Assembly: GCA_050246815.1 (NCBI GenBank)
Contig: JBFWVI010000001.1
Location: 56,127 to 120,126, forward strand
Direction: 5' to 3'
Origin: Bdellovibrionales bacterium
Lineage (GTDB): Bacteria > Bdellovibrionota > Bdellovibrionia > Bdellovibrionales > UBA1609
Length of the DNA: 64,000 nt
The position numbers and the translations under genes are program-made. Under the pieces are notes generated by a model. It was not told where the DNA came from and made no database searches. It worked only from the letters and a program-made list of their open reading frames with translations. Shown here in pieces: positions 56,815-64,000 of the stretch; within the stretch, counting starts at the first letter, position 1; each line of letters opens with the position of its first letter.

Positions 56815-57951
56815 TCAACTTTTCATGTCCAAGGTTTTGTACTGTTTTTGGGGAGAAAGGACAAAGGCGAAGATCGCGCCAACAAGAGCTCCGCCAACGT
56901 GCGCGGAGTGAGCGACCACGCCGCCGTAGCCCGCGGATTCAGCCAAAATTCCAAACAGTTCTTTGACGAAAAACAGTGCGCCTAAAAAGAGGCCGGGGAT
57001 GGCGTACCAACGGAAGAAAAAGAAAATGACAAAGCGTCGTTTGGGGAAACGCAGCAAATAATAAGTGATCAACCCAAAAATGCCGCCGCTCGCTCCAACC
57101 AAAGGGGTTGTATCCGCGTGGATCTGACCAAACAGCACAGAGCCGCAAGCTGTCGCAGCGAATAGCAATAAAAGATATTTGATTTTACCCAAGTGATCTT
57201 CAACGTTGTCGCCAAAAATCCACAAGAAGTACATATTGCCCAGCAAATGCAGCCAACCACCATGCACAAAGAAAGTGGAAAAGGCACTCCAGACTTTAAC
57301 GAAAAAGGGCTCACTGTGCACAAAGGCCATACCTGATAAAAAATCGGGATGGCGAAATGCCCATTGGCTGATCAACAAACAAAGAATGATCATCAACCAA
57401 GTGATCCAGGGTTGGATCAAGAAAAAGTCGGTGTCTTCTTCGGCCGGGACTCCAAGTAGGGCCACCATATGTTTCCAAGGTGAGACTGTGCCGAAGGAGA
57501 TTCTCTCTGCGGTCCCTTTTGCGTCGGCGGTTTGTTTGTCCATTTCCATTTGCAACAGCACTCGGGCATAAGCCAGGCTGGCATTGGGGTCATCATGGAG
57601 AGTTCTTTTTAACTTCGGCTTGGGCTCTGTTCTCTCGAGGTCGGCCCACTCCCCGGTGTCGAGCCATACCAAATCACAGAGAGGACAAAAATCGAGTTCG
57701 GTGTTTTTGGAGCCCGCGTAAACCACATTCATGGGCAGCATGCAGTGGGAGCAGCGGGTTGGTCCCGTCGGGGCTTGATGGCCCTCACGCCAAAGCGAGC
57801 CCGCGTCGATCGCGGTCATCACCTTTTTAAGTCCGCCAAAGTGAACAGCAAAGCCATAGCAGCTTGGGCAAAAATACTGAAAAACGCCTTTGTTGCTGCG
57901 CCTTTCAAGGCTGATTTGGCAGTGGGGACAACGAGGTTTGACCATTTTCAA
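56815..57951 (-). CDS. Rhomboid intramembrane serine protease with N-terminal Zn-ribbon domains
   Basis: Four CxxC motifs incl. LDFCPLCDLVWLDTGE; HLLGNM, FGDNVED, VGASG, HSAHVGG. Confidence 0.93.
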   Translation of the reverse strand: MKMVKPRCPHCQISLERRSNKGVFQYFCPSCYGFAVHFGGLKKVMTAIDAGSLWREGHQAPTGPTRCSHCMLPMNVVYAGSKNTELDFCPLCDLVWLDTGEWADLERTEPKPKLKRTLHDDPNASLAYARVLLQMEMDKQTADAKGTAERISFGTVSPWKHMVALLGVPAEEDTDFFLIQPWITWLMIILCLLISQWAFRHPDFLSGMAFVHSEPFFVKVWSAFSTFFVHGGWLHLLGNMYFLWIFGDNVEDHLGKIKYLLLLFAATACGSVLFGQIHADTTPLVGASGGIFGLITYYLLRFPKRRFVIFFFFRWYAIPGLFLGALFFVKELFGILAESAGYGGVVAHSAHVGGALVGAIFAFVLSPQKQYKTLDMKS

Positions 57952-58026
57952 TAGCTTATGAGGTCATGAATCCAATTTACAGCGCTCCTTGTGGTTCCCG
58001 GCCCGCTGTGTTAAATTCTACGCCTT

Positions 58027-59256
58027 ATGGCAGATGGGAACCCTCACCCTTCAAGTTTGGGCCCCTTCAAGCTTCTCTCTCCCCCCGGTGATCGAGTTTA
58101 TCTCGATTGCAATGCGACCACTCCGGTGGCCTCGTTTTTAACGGACAAATTGGGCGAGTGGATGGAGCATTGGGGCAATCCTAGTTCGATTCACTGGGCC
58201 GGTCGCGGACCGAAAGCCCTTTTGCGTGATTCGCGCCGAGCTTTGGCCAAAGCTTTGGGTTGTGATGCTTTGGAGCTGATCTTCACCAGCGGTGGATCCG
58301 AGGCCAACAACTTGGCTTTAAAAGGTGTCTTTCGGCGAAGCGCAGCTTTAGGGCGTAACCAATACATTGTCAGCGCGGTCGAACATCCCAGTGTTTTAAA
58401 GACCGTTGAGCAGCTTCGCGCCAGTGGGGCTGAAGTTGTCATTTTGCCGGTCAATCGCCAGGGTGAAATCGACTTGGGCGTTTATCAAAAAATGCTTTCT
58501 TCACGAACAGCCCTGGTGTCGGTGATGTACGCCAACAACGAGACCGGTCATATTTTCCCGATTCAGCAGATGGCGGCCATGGCCCGGCAGGCGGGGGCGT
58601 TGTTTCACTGCGATGGTGTTCAGGCGCTGGGTAAAGCACCCATCAACTTGCACGAATGGGGGGTGGATTTGGCGACCTTTTCGGCTCACAAGTTTTATTC
58701 ACTCAAGGGCTGCGGCGTTTTGTATGCCCGCCGCGGTGTGAATCTGGAAAGTCTGGTGAGCGGTGGTGGGCAGGAACGCGGGCGTCGCGCGGGAACAGAA
58801 AATCTTTTGGCCATCGCCGCATTTGGGGCGATGGCAGGGCATCTAACAGCTTTGCCCATTGCCATGCTACAAATGGCGAAGCTGCGTGATTATTTTGAAA
58901 AACAGTTTACAGCGGCTTTGCCAGGGGTTCAGATCACGGGCGCACTGGGCCTACGCGTGCCCAATACCTCGAGCCTGGTGATCGACGGTGTGGATGGGGA
59001 AACCCTTTTGATGAATTTGGATATGCGCGGTTTTTGCGTCAGCACGGGGGCGGCGTGCAGTTCGGGCAGCCCCGAGCCAAGCCCTGTTTTGTTGGCGATG
59101 GGATTGACCCGAGCTGAAGCGCAAAGCTCCTTGCGGGTGAGTTTAGGCTGGACCACCACGCGTGAAGACATTGATCGCTTTATCGTTACTTTGGTGGCGG
59201 TGGTGGAGCGACTTCGCAGCTTCAAACATGGCGAAAAAGCCCTTTTGGGAGTTTAA
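58027..59256 (+). CDS. Cysteine desulfurase (IscS/NifS-like)
   Basis: YLDCNATTP, GNPSS, FTSGGSEANN, SAHKFY, STGAACSSG; adjacent to mnmA. Confidence 0.95.
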   Translation: MADGNPHPSSLGPFKLLSPPGDRVYLDCNATTPVASFLTDKLGEWMEHWGNPSSIHWAGRGPKALLRDSRRALAKALGCDALELIFTSGGSEANNLALKGVFRRSAALGRNQYIVSAVEHPSVLKTVEQLRASGAEVVILPVNRQGEIDLGVYQKMLSSRTALVSVMYANNETGHIFPIQQMAAMARQAGALFHCDGVQALGKAPINLHEWGVDLATFSAHKFYSLKGCGVLYARRGVNLESLVSGGGQERGRRAGTENLLAIAAFGAMAGHLTALPIAMLQMAKLRDYFEKQFTAALPGVQITGALGLRVPNTSSLVIDGVDGETLLMNLDMRGFCVSTGAACSSGSPEPSPVLLAMGLTRAEAQSSLRVSLGWTTTREDIDRFIVTLVAVVERLRSFKHGEKALLGV

Positions 59257-59257
59257 G

Positions 59258-60385
59258 ATGGAATCCTTAGATTTAGGCACGGGCAAAAAAGGTCGCGTTT
59301 TGGTGGCGATGAGCGGTGGGGTTGATAGTTCCGTCGCGGCGGCGCTGCTGAAGGACCAAGGCTACGATGTGGTGGGTGTGACCATGCAGGTCTGGGACTA
59401 TTCGGCCGATGCCTGCGACATTCAAGAGGGCAATGGCACCTGCTGCTCGAGCACCGATGTCGATGATGCCCGCGCTGTGGCTGACAAATTGGACATTCCA
59501 TTTTATGTGGTGAACTGTGAAGCGAAGTTTCAAGCGTATGTGATCGACGAGTTTGTGGGCTCCTATTTAGAGGGTCGCACACCGATCCCTTGTGTGAACT
59601 GCAACACCTACTTAAAATTTGATCATTTGGTTCAAAAAATGCGCGAACTGGAATGCGATTATTTGGCCACCGGCCATTACGCGCAAGTTTGCGAATCGGT
59701 GACGGGGCGGCCCGCGATTCGCACCAGCTGCGATGATTGGAAAGATCAGACGTACTTTTTGTTCACCATCAATCCGGACTTAATTCCCAAATTGATTTTT
59801 CCTGTGGGACATCTAAAAAAAGCCGAAGTGCGCCGGATTGCCGAAGAGCGCGACTTGGTGGTGGCGCGCAAAAAAGACTCCACCGGCATTTGCTTTATCG
59901 GCAAAGGTGGGCACGCAGAATTTATCAGCCAGCGCGTGGCACCTGATCTATTGGGCAAAGGTTTGATCAAACGCCACCCTGACGGTGAGGTGTTGGGCGA
60001 GCACCAAGGGGTGCACCATTTTACCTATGGGCAACGCAAAGGTTTGGGCGTTGCAACGGGCACACCCCTGTTTGTGGTGAAGATCGAGCCACAAAGTCAG
60101 ACGATTTGGTTGGGCGAAGAGAAGGATCTTTATTCCTCGAGTCTGGAAGTTAAAAATTTAAGCTGGCTGGATGAAGTTCGTGACGGCGAAGAGCTTCGGG
60201 TGAAAGTTCGCTACGCTCATGCGGGTTCCACCGCCCGTATTAGAAAAATTTTCGATGTCGAAACAGATCGAGTGCGCGGGCGCTATCAAATTGAATTTTT
60301 GGAACCTCAGCGGGCAATCACGCCGGGACAAGCCGCAGTGATGTATCGTGGGGACCAATTGGTTGGTGGTGGATGGATCGTTTAG
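59258..60385 (+). CDS. mnmA: tRNA-specific 2-thiouridylase MnmA
   Basis: AMSGGVDSS, TPIPCVNCN, ATGHYA, KDQTYFL, DSTGICF, AITPGQA. Confidence 0.97.
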   Translation: MESLDLGTGKKGRVLVAMSGGVDSSVAAALLKDQGYDVVGVTMQVWDYSADACDIQEGNGTCCSSTDVDDARAVADKLDIPFYVVNCEAKFQAYVIDEFVGSYLEGRTPIPCVNCNTYLKFDHLVQKMRELECDYLATGHYAQVCESVTGRPAIRTSCDDWKDQTYFLFTINPDLIPKLIFPVGHLKKAEVRRIAEERDLVVARKKDSTGICFIGKGGHAEFISQRVAPDLLGKGLIKRHPDGEVLGEHQGVHHFTYGQRKGLGVATGTPLFVVKIEPQSQTIWLGEEKDLYSSSLEVKNLSWLDEVRDGEELRVKVRYAHAGSTARIRKIFDVETDRVRGRYQIEFLEPQRAITPGQAAVMYRGDQLVGGGWIV

Positions 60386-61737
60386 AACCTTTGCCTTCGG
60401 TTTCTGTTGAGACTTTTGGTTGTAAGGTGAACACTTATGACACCGGGTTAATTCAGCACAAGCTTGAGCAAGCAGGATTTCAATTTTCGACTTCCGCTAC
60501 GGAAGTCGCGGAAACTGGGGGCGGGAGACGCATTCATGTTCTTAATTCTTGCGCTGTGACGGCAGAAGCGACCGCTCAAGCACTTCGGCAGGCTCGTCGC
60601 CTTAAGCGTGAGGATCCTGACAGTTTTGTTGTTGTCACGGGCTGCTCGGCCCAAGTTGATACCGAGCGATTTCAAGACGTGGATTCGGTCGATCTGGTTG
60701 TCGCCAACTCCCATAAGGGCGAATTACCTGAATTGTTGAAACGTTTGAGCGCCGGCGAAACTTTGGATCGCGTTTACAAATCTAATATTTTTAAAAAAGA
60801 AGACGTGGAGGCCGGCGGGGGCGAAGAGCTGGGGCATACCCGAAGCTTTCTTAAAATTCAGGACGGTTGTGATAGTTTTTGCACCTTCTGCGTGATTCCA
60901 TTCGCTCGAGGTAAATCGCGTTCGATCGAACCTGAGGCCTTAGCGGCAAAGATTCAAGAAATTGAAAGTCGTGGTGTGAATGAAGTGGTCTTAACCGGAG
61001 TGCACATCGGCGATTACGTGTCCAAAGACGGGCGAGGGCTTGCGGACCTGGTGGAGTACGTGTTGCAAAATACCAAAGTGCCCCGCATTCGCCTTTCGAG
61101 CCTTGAGCCGGTCGAACTGACGTTGCCATTGATTGAACTTTATGATGATCCCAGGATGTGCTCTCATTTTCACATGAGTATTCAAAGCGTTTCCACAACA
61201 GTGCTCAGTAAAATGAAGCGCAAGTATTCGGCTCAGCAAGTGACTGATGCGCTTTTGATGTTGGCCGATAAAGTCCCATGCGCCTATGTTGGCATGGATG
61301 TGATCGCGGGCTTTCCAGAAGAATCCGAGCAAGAGTTTGAAGATACATTTAAACGATTAAGTGATGCGCCTTGGACCCGGCTGCATGTTTTCCCCTACAG
61401 CGCACGTCCGAATACTTATGCCGCGCGGGCGCTGAAGACGATAGAGCACAGCTTGGTGAAAGAGCGCGCAGCAAGGTTACGACAGTTAAGTGCTGATCGC
61501 CACGCCACCCACGCGATTTCGCAAATTGGTCAGGAGAAGAAAGTCTTGTGGCTAAAGCATAATGCTTCAAAGACGGCTTTGCCCCAGGGCTTGGCGCGTG
61601 ATTACTGGACTGTGATTTTGAATGAAGTGCCTCAGCGTCAGGCATGGAATGATCAAGAAACTTCAGTTTTAATCACCGGCTGCGATCGCCAAGAAGGACG
61701 CACTGGCGAACTTAAACTTTACGGCAAGCTTCTTTGA
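60373..61737 (+). CDS. mtaB: tRNA methylthiotransferase MtaB (radical SAM)
   Basis: TFGCKVNTYD, NSCAVT, VTGCSAQ, KIQDGCDSFCTFC, LHVFPYSAR. Confidence 0.9.
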   Translation: MDRLEPLPSVSVETFGCKVNTYDTGLIQHKLEQAGFQFSTSATEVAETGGGRRIHVLNSCAVTAEATAQALRQARRLKREDPDSFVVVTGCSAQVDTERFQDVDSVDLVVANSHKGELPELLKRLSAGETLDRVYKSNIFKKEDVEAGGGEELGHTRSFLKIQDGCDSFCTFCVIPFARGKSRSIEPEALAAKIQEIESRGVNEVVLTGVHIGDYVSKDGRGLADLVEYVLQNTKVPRIRLSSLEPVELTLPLIELYDDPRMCSHFHMSIQSVSTTVLSKMKRKYSAQQVTDALLMLADKVPCAYVGMDVIAGFPEESEQEFEDTFKRLSDAPWTRLHVFPYSARPNTYAARALKTIEHSLVKERAARLRQLSADRHATHAISQIGQEKKVLWLKHNASKTALPQGLARDYWTVILNEVPQRQAWNDQETSVLITGCDRQEGRTGELKLYGKLL

Positions 61738-62390
61738 AGTCTTTGATGATATTCTTGAATTGAGCGGTAAGTTTGTGTGTACGTTTGCATCGTTTCGGCG
61801 AATAATGCCTGATCCATCCCATTTTGCGTATAGCCCTCGGCCTTTGAAATTTCATAAAAAATAATGTGGGCCAGATTCAAGAATACAGGCATGTAAGAAA
61901 AAAGAATGTTGAAGGCTCCATGTCTGCGCGCAAGTTCGAGAATGTCAGGAGATTGTTCAAAGGGCTCCGATAGAGTTCCTTGCATCACATCATTGATTGC
62001 TGAATTGCGGTACTTTTGCTTGGCTAATTGCCAGACCGAATTATTGATGAGGAGAGGATCCAACTCCTTTTGATATTGCAGTAATTCGTGTATCTGAAGT
62101 TCGCTCACGCGGTCCTGTCGGGTTGTTCCACGATTTGTTAAAAAAGAGTCGTGTTCTTTGCTGACTTTTTTAATTTTGTAATAGGCACGAAATAGGTTTT
62201 CTAAGTCCTGTTTGGTTCGCTCATGGGTTTTCTGCAGCAGATCAAAAAACTGCAGCAAACGGGCACTTTCAAGGGTCAATAGAGCGCTGTCACAAGACAA
62301 AGTCGGGGCCTTATCATTGGCCAAAACCGAGGCCGTCCATAGGCAAGTTGTCAAAAAGATAGCCAGACCAAAACGCATAGGTTCCCTCAT
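61719..62390 (-). CDS. Exported helical hypothetical protein
   Basis: Signal peptide MRFGLAIFLTTCLWTASVLA; AT-richer by eye than the neighbouring genes. Confidence 0.6.
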   Translation of the reverse strand: MREPMRFGLAIFLTTCLWTASVLANDKAPTLSCDSALLTLESARLLQFFDLLQKTHERTKQDLENLFRAYYKIKKVSKEHDSFLTNRGTTRQDRVSELQIHELLQYQKELDPLLINNSVWQLAKQKYRNSAINDVMQGTLSEPFEQSPDILELARRHGAFNILFSYMPVFLNLAHIIFYEISKAEGYTQNGMDQALFAETMQTYTQTYRSIQEYHQRLQRSLP

Positions 62391-62489
62391 AGATTGTCTG
62401 CAGATCCTCAATACAAGATTTAGACCAAGGACACCGGGAGTTATATGCGTGTTGGACGCGTGGACCTTCTATTCGCTAGAGGGAGTCCT

Positions 62490-63257
62490 TTAAAAAAACG
62501 TGGGGAGGGTCGTTGGAAACTCTTGATTGCGAACTGGGCCGTAGCCAAAGAGGCCTTTCAGCATTGAACAGCGTTCTGGCTGGGTGCGAGCGTTGCACAG
62601 TTGGAACTCGCGGTACAAAAAATCAAGTGAGATCCGCGACTCGGCTTTGGGTTTGTAAGCTCGCGATATGAATGCATCCGTGAAGGAGATTGAATAGTCC
62701 TTGATTTCATTAGAATGGCATGTCGAACAGGTTGTGCCGTTCAGGTAGCGGACCCTCTCGTAGGGCAGGCTAAGCGATATTGGTCCAGTGATAGGAAATA
62801 AAATTTCAGCCTTGACGGATGATTCGGATCCTTTGATCAAGCTCAGCTCTAAAAAGTTCCGATCCCGGCCGATCGGGACGACAGACAAGACCAGTGATCC
62901 ATTTAGAATGAAAATGCGGGGATTACGATCATCAACGGCCGGCTGTGCGCTTAGGCGTGCGTTGGTCGCAGCTAAACCAAGTGGCCTGGTTAGTTTTGAT
63001 AGGAAACAATGTAGGCTTAAGGGTTTGGGCAAGCGATTGATCAGGTTGACGACATCTTCAATGGTCAAGGGGCTTTCGGCGCTGATGGCGGCGGCATCAG
63101 GTGGGCATTCTTCTGGGGTAAAGGAAGTCGAAGCGGCGGAATTCGCGTCTGCCTCGAGCATCCAGGGGGCCTGGCACCCCTGTTGTGCTGCAATCGCGAC
63201 AGCGACCAAAAGCAGCATGGCCCATAGCCTTTGTTGGATGCCGAAAATCATTTTCAC
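62490..63257 (-). CDS. Putative exported/lipoprotein with single CxxCH heme-c motif
   Basis: Hydrophobic N-terminus ending AQQGC; GTTCSTCHSNE; extra Cys pairs. Start uncertain. Confidence 0.6.
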   Translation of the reverse strand: MKMIFGIQQRLWAMLLLVAVAIAAQQGCQAPWMLEADANSAASTSFTPEECPPDAAAISAESPLTIEDVVNLINRLPKPLSLHCFLSKLTRPLGLAATNARLSAQPAVDDRNPRIFILNGSLVLSVVPIGRDRNFLELSLIKGSESSVKAEILFPITGPISLSLPYERVRYLNGTTCSTCHSNEIKDYSISFTDAFISRAYKPKAESRISLDFLYREFQLCNARTQPERCSMLKGLFGYGPVRNQEFPTTLPTFF

Positions 63258-63260
63258 CTA

Positions 63261-63283
63261 ACTATGTATTTTAAATACATCTT
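63261..63283. promoter_or_regulatory. NsrR-type operator (11-1-11 inverted repeat)
   Basis: ACTATGTATTT-T-AAATACATCTT versus consensus AAGATGYATTT-N-AAATRCATCTT: right half exact, left half 9/11. Confidence 0.8.
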
Positions 63284-63362
63284 TAAAAGGATAGCGCCGA
63301 TAATGAATGAAAACCATTTCTATCGTCGCCTTGTTTCGAATTGAGACGGTTGGGGGCCTGGA

Positions 63363-63797
63363 ATGCATTTGACTCAGTACACAGATTATTCGCTGCGAAT
63401 CCTGCTCTATCTTGGCTTTAAACAAAAAAGAGCCACGATTAGTGAAATTTCAAACGCTTTCAAAGTGTCTCGCCACCACTTAACAAAGGTTGCTCATGAT
63501 TTGGCGCGCCGACGTTATGTGCACACATTCCCTGGCAAATTTGGCGGGCTTGAGTTGGCGGAAGCCGCTTGCAACCTAAAGCTGGGCGAAATGATCAAGC
63601 AATTTGAGCCAATGTCTCTTCTTGAGTGCTTTGATCCTGTGACCAACACCTGTCCACTGCAGGGGGTGTGTCAACTCGAGCGGGCGTTGTATGAATCCCG
63701 TCAGGCCTTTTTAGAGGCCTTAAATCGATACACGCTAGGAGATTTTTTAAAACCTGGGGCGTCGTTGGCCCAGCGAAAAGCTCGCTTGGGCCTTTAG
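63363..63797 (+). CDS. nsrR: Rrf2-family regulator, NsrR-like
   Basis: MHLTQYTDYSLRILLYL, SRHHLTKV, GKFGGLEL, LLECFDPVTNTCPLQGVCQL (three Cys for an Fe-S cluster). Confidence 0.8.
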   Translation: MHLTQYTDYSLRILLYLGFKQKRATISEISNAFKVSRHHLTKVAHDLARRRYVHTFPGKFGGLELAEAACNLKLGEMIKQFEPMSLLECFDPVTNTCPLQGVCQLERALYESRQAFLEALNRYTLGDFLKPGASLAQRKARLGL

Positions 63798-64000
63798 AAT
63801 CAATTGTGAAACAATGTCCCTGGCCCTGAATCCCGGAATAGACAGTCGTCACCTCAAAGAATGGCCAAATGGTCGTTGACGCCGCGCAAAATTATGGCTA
63901 TACAAACCCCTGAAACCACGGCCAAAAGCCGTTTTTGGGGATGTCGCCTTTGGGCATCTGATGTTGGGCCTCGCAACAAGGAGTATGCCCATGACCACCT

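Noticed and set aside
63296..63303. GCCGATAA sigma-28 -10 box upstream of nsrR
   Set aside because: No TAAA -35 element at the expected spacing.
63977..64000. AAGGAG RBS and ATG starting a gene at the window edge
   Set aside because: Only a few codons are visible, so no product can be assigned.

Overview
A 64 kb window of bacterial chromosome, probably Bdellovibrionota (inferred from an FQNC-type lipobox, many orphan exported proteins and a deltaproteobacteria-like gene order). Housekeeping blocks are prs-rplY-pth-ychF, amidase-rph-rdgB, feoAB, rmuC, tilS-ftsH-cdaA-cdaR-glmM-nnr-tsaE and cysteine desulfurase-mnmA-mtaB. Between them lie an ApbE flavinylation module, a minor type IV pilin operon, three VWA lipoproteins, an Ig-repeat lipoprotein and an NsrR-like regulator. 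Main candidates for novelty: (1) a Dlt/Alg-like acyl-transfer set (adenylating enzyme, carrier protein, degenerate SGNH protein, MBOAT) with an orphan TolC, whose MBOAT closes the minor-pilin/pseudo-rhodanese operon; (2) a predicted ~55 nt sigma-54-driven small RNA with an anti-Shine-Dalgarno loop; (3) a ~160 nt rod-like structured intergenic RNA candidate; (4) a 34 bp perfect inverted repeat that supplies the stop codons of both flanking genes; (5) an NsrR-type operator in front of an orphan CxxCH protein; (6) a recurrent intergenic palindrome GTCTYA-N3-TRAGAC. No tRNA, rRNA, CRISPR array, integrase or transposase was recognised. All calls come from reading motifs by eye; no database searches were run.
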